A stretch of DNA of 32,000 nt from Pyrodictium occultum (GTDB taxonomy: Archaea; Thermoproteota; Thermoprotei_A; Sulfolobales; Pyrodictiaceae): positions 210,001 through 242,000 of the forward strand of contig NZ_LNTB01000001.1 of NCBI RefSeq assembly GCF_001462395.1, written 5' to 3'. Both the position numbers and the translations under genes were made by a program. The notes under the pieces were generated by a model. It saw only the letters and a list, made by a program, of their open reading frames with translations, searched no databases and was not told the origin of the DNA. Positions 9,161 to 16,305 of this stretch are shown here, in pieces. Numbering within the stretch: position 1 is the first letter of the stretch; each line of letters starts with the position of its first letter.

Positions 9161-9988
9161 TCAGCCACCTATGTAGGCCTCTATCACGCGGGGATCGTTC
9201 GCCACCTTGGAGGGCGGGCCCTCGGCTATAACGCGGCCGGAGTCCATCACCACGACGCGGTCGCAGAGGTCCATGACAACCTCCAGGTCGTGCTCTACGA
9301 GCACGAAGGAGATGCCCCTGGTCTCGTTGACCTCCACTATGGCCCGTGCCAGGTCCTCCTTCTCCTCCCTGCTCAGCCCAGCCATGGGCTCGTCCATGAG
9401 GACTACCTTCGGGTCCTGGGCCAGCGCCCTCGCCAGGTCGACGCGCTTCTGCACGCCCGGCGGGAGCCCCTCCACAACCCGGTCACGGTACTCGTGGAGC
9501 TCGAGGAGGTCTATGACCCTCTCGGCCTTCTCCCTGGCCCACTCCTCCCAGCGCTGCGCCCTCGGCGTCCAGAAGGCGGCGTCGATGATGCTGTAGCTCC
9601 TCCACGGCTCCAGCCCGGCCATTATGTTCTCCACGACGGTCATGTGGCGGAACAGCTCGCTGTGCTGGAAGGTCCTGGCGAGCCCCAGCCTGGCCCTCGC
9701 GTGGGGCGGGAGCCTCGTGATGTCCCTGCCCTCGAACACCACCCTGCCCTTCCTCGGCTTGTAGAAGCCCGAGACCACGTTGAGGAGACTGGTCTTCCCC
9801 GCCCCGTTGGGGCCTATAACCGCGAGTATCTCGCCTGGGCGGAGCCTGAAGCCGGCTCCGTCGACAGCCACTACGCCGCCGAACTCTACCCTCACGTCCT
9901 CGACTTCCAGTATGTAGTCTATGCCAGCCTGGGGCTTCTCCCGGTACAGGCTGCCCTCCTGCCAGAGGGAGCGGTAATCGAAGCCCAT
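9161..9988 (-). CDS. livG: HAAT-family ABC transporter ATP-binding protein, LivG type
   Basis: Walker A GPNGAGKTS and Walker B VVLMDEPMAGL. Start placed at ATG 9988 (MGFDYRS..). The track's GTG at 10084 sits 4-13 nt from the TATA island and is rejected. Confidence 0.85.
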   Translation of the reverse strand: MGFDYRSLWQEGSLYREKPQAGIDYILEVEDVRVEFGGVVAVDGAGFRLRPGEILAVIGPNGAGKTSLLNVVSGFYKPRKGRVVFEGRDITRLPPHARARLGLARTFQHSELFRHMTVVENIMAGLEPWRSYSIIDAAFWTPRAQRWEEWAREKAERVIDLLELHEYRDRVVEGLPPGVQKRVDLARALAQDPKVVLMDEPMAGLSREEKEDLARAIVEVNETRGISFVLVEHDLEVVMDLCDRVVVMDSGRVIAEGPPSKVANDPRVIEAYIGG

Positions 9989-10088
9989 CACCCTCCCATG
10001 CTCCTTAGCAGCGGAGAACAAAACGCACCATCTCGCCGCACCCCAGCCGGAGTAGTGCCGCTCCAGCGTCCCCGTGTTGCACACGCCC

Positions 10089-10116
10089 TTTTAAGCATCT
10101 TTTTATCATTCTAGTT
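10089..10116. promoter_or_regulatory. Divergent AT-rich promoter island between livG and the AMP-binding gene
   Basis: CTTTTAAGCATCTTTTTATCATTCTAG is the only AT-rich stretch in this GC-rich intergenic region. TATA-like boxes can be read on both strands. Confidence 0.45.
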
Positions 10117-10204
10117 GTGGCTGGACAGTACACAAAGGTGGCCGCGGCCCCAGTAGGGCCCCGGGGAGGTGTGGCGGGCTGTGGCCTGCGGCTACCCGGG
10201 CACG

Positions 10205-11644
10205 ATGGTTGACGTGCTCCTCTGCCACGCCGGCGGCCAGGGCGAGCGCGAGGCGGTGGTGGATACGGAGGGGGCCGGCCTCACCTACGAGCGGCTCCTC
10301 TCCCTCTCCTCCAGGGCCGCCCGCGTCCTCACCGAGCGCTACGGGCTCGGCGAGGGCGGCGTAGCCGCCATAGCCCCGGTAAACAAGGCAGAGGCTGTGG
10401 TGGCCCTCTACGCTGTCTGGCTCGCCGGCGCGGCCGCCGAGGTCCTGGACCCCCTGAGCCACAGCATGGACCTGGAGATGCAGCTGAGGCAGAAACCCCC
10501 GCGCGTCATGATAACCCACCGGGGGATGGAGGAGCTGCACTGCGGCGTGGCGGAGCGCCTGGGGGCCCGCTGCCTCCCGGCCGAGATGCTGGTCGAGGAG
10601 GCCGGGCACGGCGCCCCATGGGAGGGCTACACCAGGCCCAGGGCCTGGGACACGGCCATCATATACTTCTACGCGGGCATAGCGGGGCGGACGCTGCCGG
10701 TCCTCCACAGCCACTCCGGGATAGCGGCCTCAGCCCACACGCTCGTGGCCCACTACGGCCTGAGCCGGGACGACCGGGTGTTCGCCTCCGCCCCCATAAG
10801 CCACGCCCTCGGCCTCCAGCTCTCCCTGCTCTCCGCCCTCTACGCCGGCGGCACAGCGGTGCTCTACACGAAGAGGGGCAGGCTCGACCCAGGCCACGCG
10901 GCCTCAGCGCTCGCCTCCAGCAGGGCCACGATGGTGCTCGGGGCCCCCGGCTTCTACCAGGCAATCCTCTCCGCGGGCTACCGGGGCCACGAGGGGCTGC
11001 GCTACGCGGTGAGCGCCGGCGCCCCCCTGCCGAGGGAGACGCAGGAGGAGTGGGGCCGCGCCACCGGGGTGGAGCTGCTCCAGCTCTACGGCATGACGGA
11101 GGCGGCCCCCCTCACGGCCACCCTCCCCGGCGACAACCCGCCCGGCAGCATAGGCAGGCCGATGCCCGGGGTCGAGGCGAGGCTCGCCGACCCGGGCGAC
11201 CCCTCGAGGCGGGCGGAGCGCGAGGGGGAGCTGCTGGCCCGCGGCCCCATGGTGATGAAAGGCTACATGGACGAGGAGGAGACGAGGCGCGCTATCCTCC
11301 CCGGCGGCTGGCTCCGGACCGGGGACATACTCGCCGTGGACGAGGAGGGCCACTACTACTTCCGCGGGGTGCGCAAGAGGATGCTCAAGTACAAGGGCTA
11401 CCCGATATTCCCCAGGGACCTGGAGATACTGCTCGAGCAGCACCCCGCCGTGGCCCGCGCGGTCGTCGAGGGCGAGCCCGCCGGCGACCTCGGCCAGGTG
11501 CCGGTGGCCCGGGTCTGGCTCCGCCGCGGCGCATCCGCGACCAGGGAGGAGCTGCTCGACTGGGTCAACAGCAGGGTGGCTAGCTACAAGAGGCTGCGCC
11601 GCGTGGAGATAGCTGGCGAGCTGCCCGGGGAGGAGCAGCCATGA
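10205..11644 (+). CDS. AMP-binding (adenylate-forming) family enzyme, atypical
   Basis: Motifs YGMTE, WLRTGD and RGVRKRMLKYKGYPIFPRDLE are present. The A3 position reads YAGIAGRTLP instead of T/S-S-G-T-T-G-x-P-K-G. The protein ends at ELPGEEQP with no A10 lysine motif. Confidence 0.75.
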   Translation: MVDVLLCHAGGQGEREAVVDTEGAGLTYERLLSLSSRAARVLTERYGLGEGGVAAIAPVNKAEAVVALYAVWLAGAAAEVLDPLSHSMDLEMQLRQKPPRVMITHRGMEELHCGVAERLGARCLPAEMLVEEAGHGAPWEGYTRPRAWDTAIIYFYAGIAGRTLPVLHSHSGIAASAHTLVAHYGLSRDDRVFASAPISHALGLQLSLLSALYAGGTAVLYTKRGRLDPGHAASALASSRATMVLGAPGFYQAILSAGYRGHEGLRYAVSAGAPLPRETQEEWGRATGVELLQLYGMTEAAPLTATLPGDNPPGSIGRPMPGVEARLADPGDPSRRAEREGELLARGPMVMKGYMDEEETRRAILPGGWLRTGDILAVDEEGHYYFRGVRKRMLKYKGYPIFPRDLEILLEQHPAVARAVVEGEPAGDLGQVPVARVWLRRGASATREELLDWVNSRVASYKRLRRVEIAGELPGEEQP

Positions 11645-11973
11645 CACGCTGCTGCAGGCAGGGCTATCCCGCCGAGGCCTGCCTGCTCCTCGAGGCCCTC
11701 CTCCGCGGCTACCCCAGCTACTTCCACCGGGAGGAGCTGAACAGCGACGGCCGCAGGCTCTTCGAGAGGCTCGCCCGGGTGCTCCAGGAGGCCAACCCGG
11801 GGCTGCGCCGCCTGGTCCACCGCGTCCGCCGCAGCCCTACACTCGAGAACGTGCTCAGGCTGGCCGAGGAGTTCTACACCTGCAACGCCAGGCTCCTCGC
11901 CGAGGAGGCGGCGGGGCTCCGCCAGCCCATCCTCTACCGGATCCGGGGTCCCGGCGGGGACCAGTACTACTAG
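11641..11973 (+). CDS. Hypothetical protein (110 aa), translationally coupled to the upstream AMP-binding gene
   Basis: ATGA start/stop overlap at 11641-11644 and coding-like GC3 bias. No family recognised. Confidence 0.45.
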   Translation: MTRCCRQGYPAEACLLLEALLRGYPSYFHREELNSDGRRLFERLARVLQEANPGLRRLVHRVRRSPTLENVLRLAEEFYTCNARLLAEEAAGLRQPILYRIRGPGGDQYY

Positions 11974-12055
11974 GGGTGCTGCCAGGATAGCCCCGGGGGC
12001 AGTGGCGAGTGAAAAGATGGCTTGCGGGAGGAGGATAGCCTAGGCCACCGTGGCG

Positions 12056-12343
12056 CTAGGCCCGCTTCCCGCCCTCACCGCTGCTCACGGCGCGTAGCCA
12101 GGCCTGCCAGGCCAGCCAGCGGCACCAGCCCTTGCCCAGCACCCAGCCCGGCCTCATCCAGGGCGGCAGGCCGCTCCACGGCCCCCGGCCGGGCCACACG
12201 GGCCAGACAGGCGGCGTGGGCAGAGCCTCTTCGGGCCTGGCCTTCGGCTTAGCCTCCAGGGGCGGGGCCGGCGGGCTCCACCAGGCCCAGCCTGGCCAGC
12301 GCCCCCAGCCGTGCCGCCAGCCCTTCCACCACCCACGCGGCAT
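12056..12343 (-). CDS. Candidate Trp/Arg/Pro-rich small protein (95 codons)
   Basis: ATG start with GGAGG 11 nt upstream (12355-12359). A BRE/TATA-like CCAAACTCTTATACA sits at about 12404-12418 on the minus strand. 17 of 95 residues are Trp. It could instead be a low-complexity CTGG-rich non-coding tract. Confidence 0.3.
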   Translation of the reverse strand: MPRGWWKGWRHGWGRWPGWAWWSPPAPPLEAKPKARPEEALPTPPVWPVWPGRGPWSGLPPWMRPGWVLGKGWCRWLAWQAWLRAVSSGEGGKRA

Positions 12344-12437
12344 GGCGGGTACAGCCTCCTAGGTCCCCGGGGGATCCCTATCGGTGACCGGGACCCGGGA
12401 CCCTGTATAAGAGTTTGGCCCTCGGGGCTGGGGGCGG

Positions 12438-13715
12438 CTAGCGGAGCAGCTCGCGGGGGTCAGTTATCCTCCCCGTCGCAGCCGCCGCGGCCGCCGTGTA
12501 GGGGCTGGCCAGGTATACCCTCGCGCTGGGCGGCCCCATGCGGCCTGGGAAGTTCCTGTTGCTCGTCGATACCACCACTTCGCCCTCGCCTGCAACCCCC
12601 ATGTGGGCTCCGAAGCAGGCGCCGCAGCCCGGCGGGGTGATCACAGCCCCCGCCTCGTGGAGGACCTGGAGCAGGCCGCTGCGGAGCGCCATGTCGTAGA
12701 TCCTCCTGCTCGCCGGCGTCACTATCAGCCTGGCCCTGGCCCTCCGGCCCTTCAGTATCCTGGCTGCAGCCTCCAGGTCCTCGAGGCGGCCGTTGGTGCA
12801 GCTACCTATGAACACCTGGTCCACCTCGGTGCCCTCCACCTCCTCCACGGGGGCCACGTTGTAGGGCGCCGGGGGCTTAGCGACCATGGGCACGGTCTCG
12901 CCCAGGTTGATCTCGACGCTCTCCTCCCCGGGCCCTGGCTCCACCCTCAGCTCCCCGGCTCCGGGCGGCGGCTCCCTCCCCCTCGTCGCCCGGTACCACT
13001 CAGCCGCCACCCCGTCGAAGGGGAAGAGGGCCGTCTTAGCCCCGGCCTCCACCATCATGTTCGACACGGTGAGCCTGTCGCTCACCCCGAGGCGGGCGAG
13101 CCCCGGGCCGTGGAACTCGACGCTCCGGTAGAGGAGGCCGTCGCCGCCGAAGAAGCCTAGGAGCCGGAGCGCCAGGTCCTTCCCCGTAACCCCCTCCCCC
13201 AGGGAGCCGGTCAGCTCTATGTAGACGGGCTCGGGTACCCTCAGCCAGAGCCTCCCGGTTACAGCGGCGTAGGCCGCCTCGGTGCTTCCTATCCCCGTGG
13301 AGAACACGGAGAGAGCCCCGTAGGTTATCGTGTGGCTGTCGGCGCCGAGCACAAGCCAGCCCGGCTCAACGAGCTCCTCCACCGCCGCCTGGTGCATTAT
13401 CCCGTAGCCCACGTCCCAGAGGCGGCAGCCCCTGCTCCTGGCCAGCTCCCTCAGCATACTATGCCCCGTCGCCGCGGCGGCGGTCGGGGCGGGGCTGTAG
13501 TGGTCGAAGGCAAGCACTACCCTCGGCTGCTGCCTCCTACAGTCTAGGAGCTTCTCAGCCCCGGTCTCCCTGAGCACCCTGAGCGCCAGCAGCCCGGTCA
13601 CGTCGTTCATCAGCACGGCGTCGGGCTCCACCACCACTATGTCGCCGGGCCCCAGGCCGCCCCGGGGCCTCTCCACCGCGTGGGCCTCTATGATGCGCTG
13701 GGCGAGGCTCGGCAA
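12438..13715 (-). CDS. leuC: 3-isopropylmalate dehydratase / homoaconitase large subunit (aconitase family)
   Basis: Aconitase-family motifs: GADSHT, FIGSCTNGRLEDL, PGCGACFG, STSNRNFPGRMG. TTG start. Confidence 0.9.
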   Translation of the reverse strand: MPSLAQRIIEAHAVERPRGGLGPGDIVVVEPDAVLMNDVTGLLALRVLRETGAEKLLDCRRQQPRVVLAFDHYSPAPTAAAATGHSMLRELARSRGCRLWDVGYGIMHQAAVEELVEPGWLVLGADSHTITYGALSVFSTGIGSTEAAYAAVTGRLWLRVPEPVYIELTGSLGEGVTGKDLALRLLGFFGGDGLLYRSVEFHGPGLARLGVSDRLTVSNMMVEAGAKTALFPFDGVAAEWYRATRGREPPPGAGELRVEPGPGEESVEINLGETVPMVAKPPAPYNVAPVEEVEGTEVDQVFIGSCTNGRLEDLEAAARILKGRRARARLIVTPASRRIYDMALRSGLLQVLHEAGAVITPPGCGACFGAHMGVAGEGEVVVSTSNRNFPGRMGPPSARVYLASPYTAAAAAATGRITDPRELLR

Positions 13716-13722
13716 CGCGGGC

Positions 13723-14715
13723 CTACCCTAGGAACTCTGTGACAGCCTTCGCGTACTCCATCGTGGTGAGGCTGCCGCCTAGGTCGGGGGTCGAGTAGCC
13801 CTCCTCGAGGGCCTGCTCCACGGCCCTCTCCACGGCGAGCGCCGCCTCCTGGTAGCCGAGGTGCCGGAGCATCATGGCCGCCGAGAGGATCATGGCTGTT
13901 GGGTTCGCTATGCCCTTCCCGGCTATGTCCCAGGCGGCGCCGTGGACGGGCTCGAAGAGAGCCTTCTCGTCGCCCAGGTTGGCGGAGGGGGCCAGCCCTA
14001 TGCCCCCCGCCACCTGGGCGGCCAGGTCGCTGAGTATATCCCCGTACTGGTTCATGGTGAGCACCACGTCGAACCTAGTGGGGTTACGCACCATCTCCAT
14101 GGCGGCCGCGTCGACGTACATCTCGTCGACCTCCACGCCCTCCTCCTCCAGCACCTTGCGGGCAACGCTGCGGAAGAGGCCGTCGGCGACCCGGAGCACG
14201 TTAGCCTTATGGACTATCGTCACCCTGCCCGAGCGGGCCCTGGCGTAGCGTGCAGCGATCCTGGCAACCCTCCTCGTCTCAGCCTCCGTGACCACCTTGA
14301 CCGCGAAGGCGGCTCCGGGCACGCTGAACTCTATCCCCGCGTAGACGTCCTCGAGGTTCTCCCTCACTATAACCAGGTCTATCGGGGCCACGCTAGCCAC
14401 GCCCGGGAGGCTGCGGGCCGGCCTAATGTTCGCGTAGACCCCCAGCTCTCTACGGAGCCCCACAACCACTATCCCCGCGGTCTCGCCGACGGGGCCCTTC
14501 AGCACGACATCGGCCCAGTTCTTGGCGAGGGCGAGGGTCTCCCTGGGGAGCGGCTCACCATACTTCTCCGCAGCTGTGTCGCCTGCCTCGGCGTAGCGCA
14601 TCTCAAGCTCCACACCGTAGCGGTCCATAACCCTCTCAAGCACATGCATGGTAGCCCGGGTTATCTCCGGGCCTATCCCGTCGCCGGGTATCACGAGCAC
14701 CCGTGGGGGAGCCAA
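13723..14715 (-). CDS. leuB: 3-isopropylmalate dehydrogenase (beta-decarboxylating dehydrogenase family)
   Basis: VIPGDGIGPEI, ANIRPA, IVRENLEDVY, NQYGDILSDLAA, EPVHGAAWDIAGKGIANP. Start moved to TTG 14715 (GTG 14700 also possible), because the track's GTG at 14766 lies in the TATA-like GCATATAC box at about 14768-14775. Confidence 0.88.
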   Translation of the reverse strand: MAPPRVLVIPGDGIGPEITRATMHVLERVMDRYGVELEMRYAEAGDTAAEKYGEPLPRETLALAKNWADVVLKGPVGETAGIVVVGLRRELGVYANIRPARSLPGVASVAPIDLVIVRENLEDVYAGIEFSVPGAAFAVKVVTEAETRRVARIAARYARARSGRVTIVHKANVLRVADGLFRSVARKVLEEEGVEVDEMYVDAAAMEMVRNPTRFDVVLTMNQYGDILSDLAAQVAGGIGLAPSANLGDEKALFEPVHGAAWDIAGKGIANPTAMILSAAMMLRHLGYQEAALAVERAVEQALEEGYSTPDLGGSLTTMEYAKAVTEFLG

Positions 14716-14858
14716 GACACGGCACCACCGGAGCGCGAGCCTACTCCCACACCACCAGGGCTCCACGTATATGCATCATGTGCCTCTAGGGGGCTACACC
14801 GGTGAACCCTCGGTGATGGTGAAAGAGAGGGGTGTCGCGGGCCGCGAGGGGGCGGGGG

Positions 14859-15998
14859 CTACACCTGCCCGGGGACCGCCACGCGCCCCCTCTCGGCCAT
14901 GTACTCGGCCACCCAGCCTGCAAGAGTGTCCTCGTCGACCTTCTTCATCCTTGGAGCCGCCTCCTTCAGCTTGTTCAGTATGTGCTTCACCAGGCCGGGT
15001 TCCGGGGTGAAGCCCATCCTACTCAGCGCCCACTCCACCGCCGCCCTGCCGCTGTGGCGGCCCAGCACTATCCTCCTCTTGTTGCCCACCGCCTCAGGCT
15101 CTATCGGCTCATAGGTGGCGGGGTTCCGGAGCACGCCGTGGACGTGTATACCCGCCTCGTGGGCGAACGCGTTCCTGCCGACGATAGCCTTGTTGGGCGG
15201 GACCTCGACGCCGAACTTCCTGGCTACAAGCCTCGAGACGGGAGTCAGCAGCTCCAGCCTCACCCCGGTCCTCCTGCCCATCAGGAAGTGGAGGGCGGCC
15301 ACAACCTCCTCCAGCGCCGCGTTGCCGCCCCTCTCGCCGAAGCCGTTCACGGTCACCTGGACCCCGTCGGCCCCGGCCCGGAGGCCTGCCAGCGTGTTAG
15401 CGGTAGCCAGTCCGAAGTCGTCGTGGCAGTGCACGTCTATCCACACGCCCGGGGGTAGGCTGCCGCGGACCAGGCTGACCAGCCACTCCATGTACCACGG
15501 GGTTGCGGTGCCCACGGTGTCGGGTATGTTGATGTACCTGGCGCCCGCCTCCACCACCGCCCTGTAGACCTGCACGAGGAAGCCGGGGTCGCTCCTGGTA
15601 GCGTCCTCGGCGGAGAAGAGGACCATGGCGCCATAGCTACGGGCCCTCTCGACGGCCTCAACGGCGCGCTTAATCACCTGCTCTCTTGTCATCCTCAGCT
15701 TGTACTTCATGTGCACATCGCTGGTGGCTATGAACACGTGGATTATATGGGCCTCCGCCGCCGCGGCCTCGTCAACGTCCCTTGGGCTGGCCCTGGCCAG
15801 GGCAGCTATCCTGGCGCGCGTGGCCTCGCGCACAGCAGCCTGTACAGCCCTCCGGTCTATCTCGGAGGAGGCGGGGAACCCTGCCTCTATGATGTCGACG
15901 CCCAGCTCGTCTAGCGCCCTCAGTATCTCGATCTTGTCCTTCAGGTCCAGCTCGACTCCGGGCATCTGGTCTCCGTCGCGGAGGGTTGTATCGAACAC
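14859..15998 (-). CDS. leuA: 2-isopropylmalate synthase / homocitrate synthase family enzyme, short form without the C-terminal LeuA regulatory domain
   Basis: FDTTLRDGDQ at the N-terminus and HCHDDFGLATANTLAG (DRE-TIM/HMGL-like). Only 379 aa. GTG start at 15998. Confidence 0.85.
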   Translation of the reverse strand: MFDTTLRDGDQMPGVELDLKDKIEILRALDELGVDIIEAGFPASSEIDRRAVQAAVREATRARIAALARASPRDVDEAAAAEAHIIHVFIATSDVHMKYKLRMTREQVIKRAVEAVERARSYGAMVLFSAEDATRSDPGFLVQVYRAVVEAGARYINIPDTVGTATPWYMEWLVSLVRGSLPPGVWIDVHCHDDFGLATANTLAGLRAGADGVQVTVNGFGERGGNAALEEVVAALHFLMGRRTGVRLELLTPVSRLVARKFGVEVPPNKAIVGRNAFAHEAGIHVHGVLRNPATYEPIEPEAVGNKRRIVLGRHSGRAAVEWALSRMGFTPEPGLVKHILNKLKEAAPRMKKVDEDTLAGWVAEYMAERGRVAVPGQV

Positions 15999-15999
15999 C

Positions 16000-16031
16000 C
16001 TTACGCGAGTTCCACTTTCGGCTGCACCTCC
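16000..16031 (-). promoter_or_regulatory. SD plus 4-codon uORF cassette immediately upstream of leuA
   Basis: Minus strand reads GGAGGTGCAGCCGAAAGTGGAACTCGCGTAAG. The uORF GTG GAA CTC GCG TAA (16015 down to 16001) ends 2 nt before the leuA GTG. It matches 16274-16305 at 26 of 32 positions. Confidence 0.4.
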
Positions 16032-16096
16032 TCGCCGCGCGGCCCCAGGCCCTGAACGGGCCCCGGGCCGCGTGGGCCTAGCCGGCCACGCCTAGG

Positions 16097-16149
16097 CTGT
16101 TTTAAAGTCTTTTCTACATGATAAAGTGCCTGGGCAAAGTTTTAATAGG
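16097..16149. promoter_or_regulatory. Divergent leuA / ilvB promoter island
   Basis: AT-rich GTTTTAAAGTCTTTTCTACATGATAAAGTGCCTGGGCAAAGTTTTAATAGG. TATA-like boxes at 16099-16107, 16120-16126 and 16139-16149. Confidence 0.5.
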
Positions 16150-16204
16150 GGGAGCCTGGTGGGCGCAAGTCTACCTGCCTCAGCCCTTCTGGGCTCCGCT
16201 AGGC

Positions 16205-16265
16205 GCAGGAGGTGGTCTGGATGTCAAACGTCCCGGCGTAGCAGGAGGTGGTCCGGATGTCAAAC
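16205..16265 (+). repeat. 25-nt direct repeat (2 copies, 36-nt period) in the ilvB leader
   Basis: GCAGGAGGTGGTC[T/C]GGATGTCAAAC at 16205-16229 and 16241-16265, 24 of 25 identical. Confidence 0.9.
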
Positions 16266-16273
16266 ATTTGGTA

Positions 16274-16305
16274 GGGGGTGCAGCCGGAAATGGAACTCGT
16301 ATGAG
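16274..16305 (+). promoter_or_regulatory. SD plus 4-codon uORF cassette overlapping the ilvB start
   Basis: GGGGGTGCAGCCGGAAATGGAACTCGTATGAG. The uORF ATG GAA CTC GTA TGA (16290-16304) has a stop that overlaps the ilvB ATG at 16301 (ATGA). Confidence 0.4.

Noticed and set aside
10082-10084. Most-upstream start codons offered by the track for livG (GTG 10084), the fumarase alpha subunit (TTG 26087) and leuB (GTG 14766).
   Set aside because: Each sits within or a few nt from the only TATA-like AT-rich box of its intergenic region, leaving no room for transcription initiation. Downstream starts match family N-termini better.
7952-10114. Very long antisense ORFs: 720 aa at 7952-10114 (+), 556 aa at 18521-20191 (-), 314 aa at 13861-14805 (+), 286 aa at 17327-18187 (-), and many others.
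   Set aside because: They lie opposite genes with clear family motifs. Their composition is R/P/G/H/A-rich and low-complexity, and they are the open shadow frames expected in high-GC DNA. There is no independent support for them.
16118-16300. The ORF track's 61-codon N-terminal extension of ilvB, starting at ATG 16118 and containing a repeated AGGG(L/P)DVK peptide.
   Set aside because: The ATG lies inside the AT-rich TATA island. The extension has no resemblance to acetolactate synthase N-termini, and family similarity begins right after ATG 16301. The repeated peptide is just the in-frame reading of the 25-nt leader repeat.
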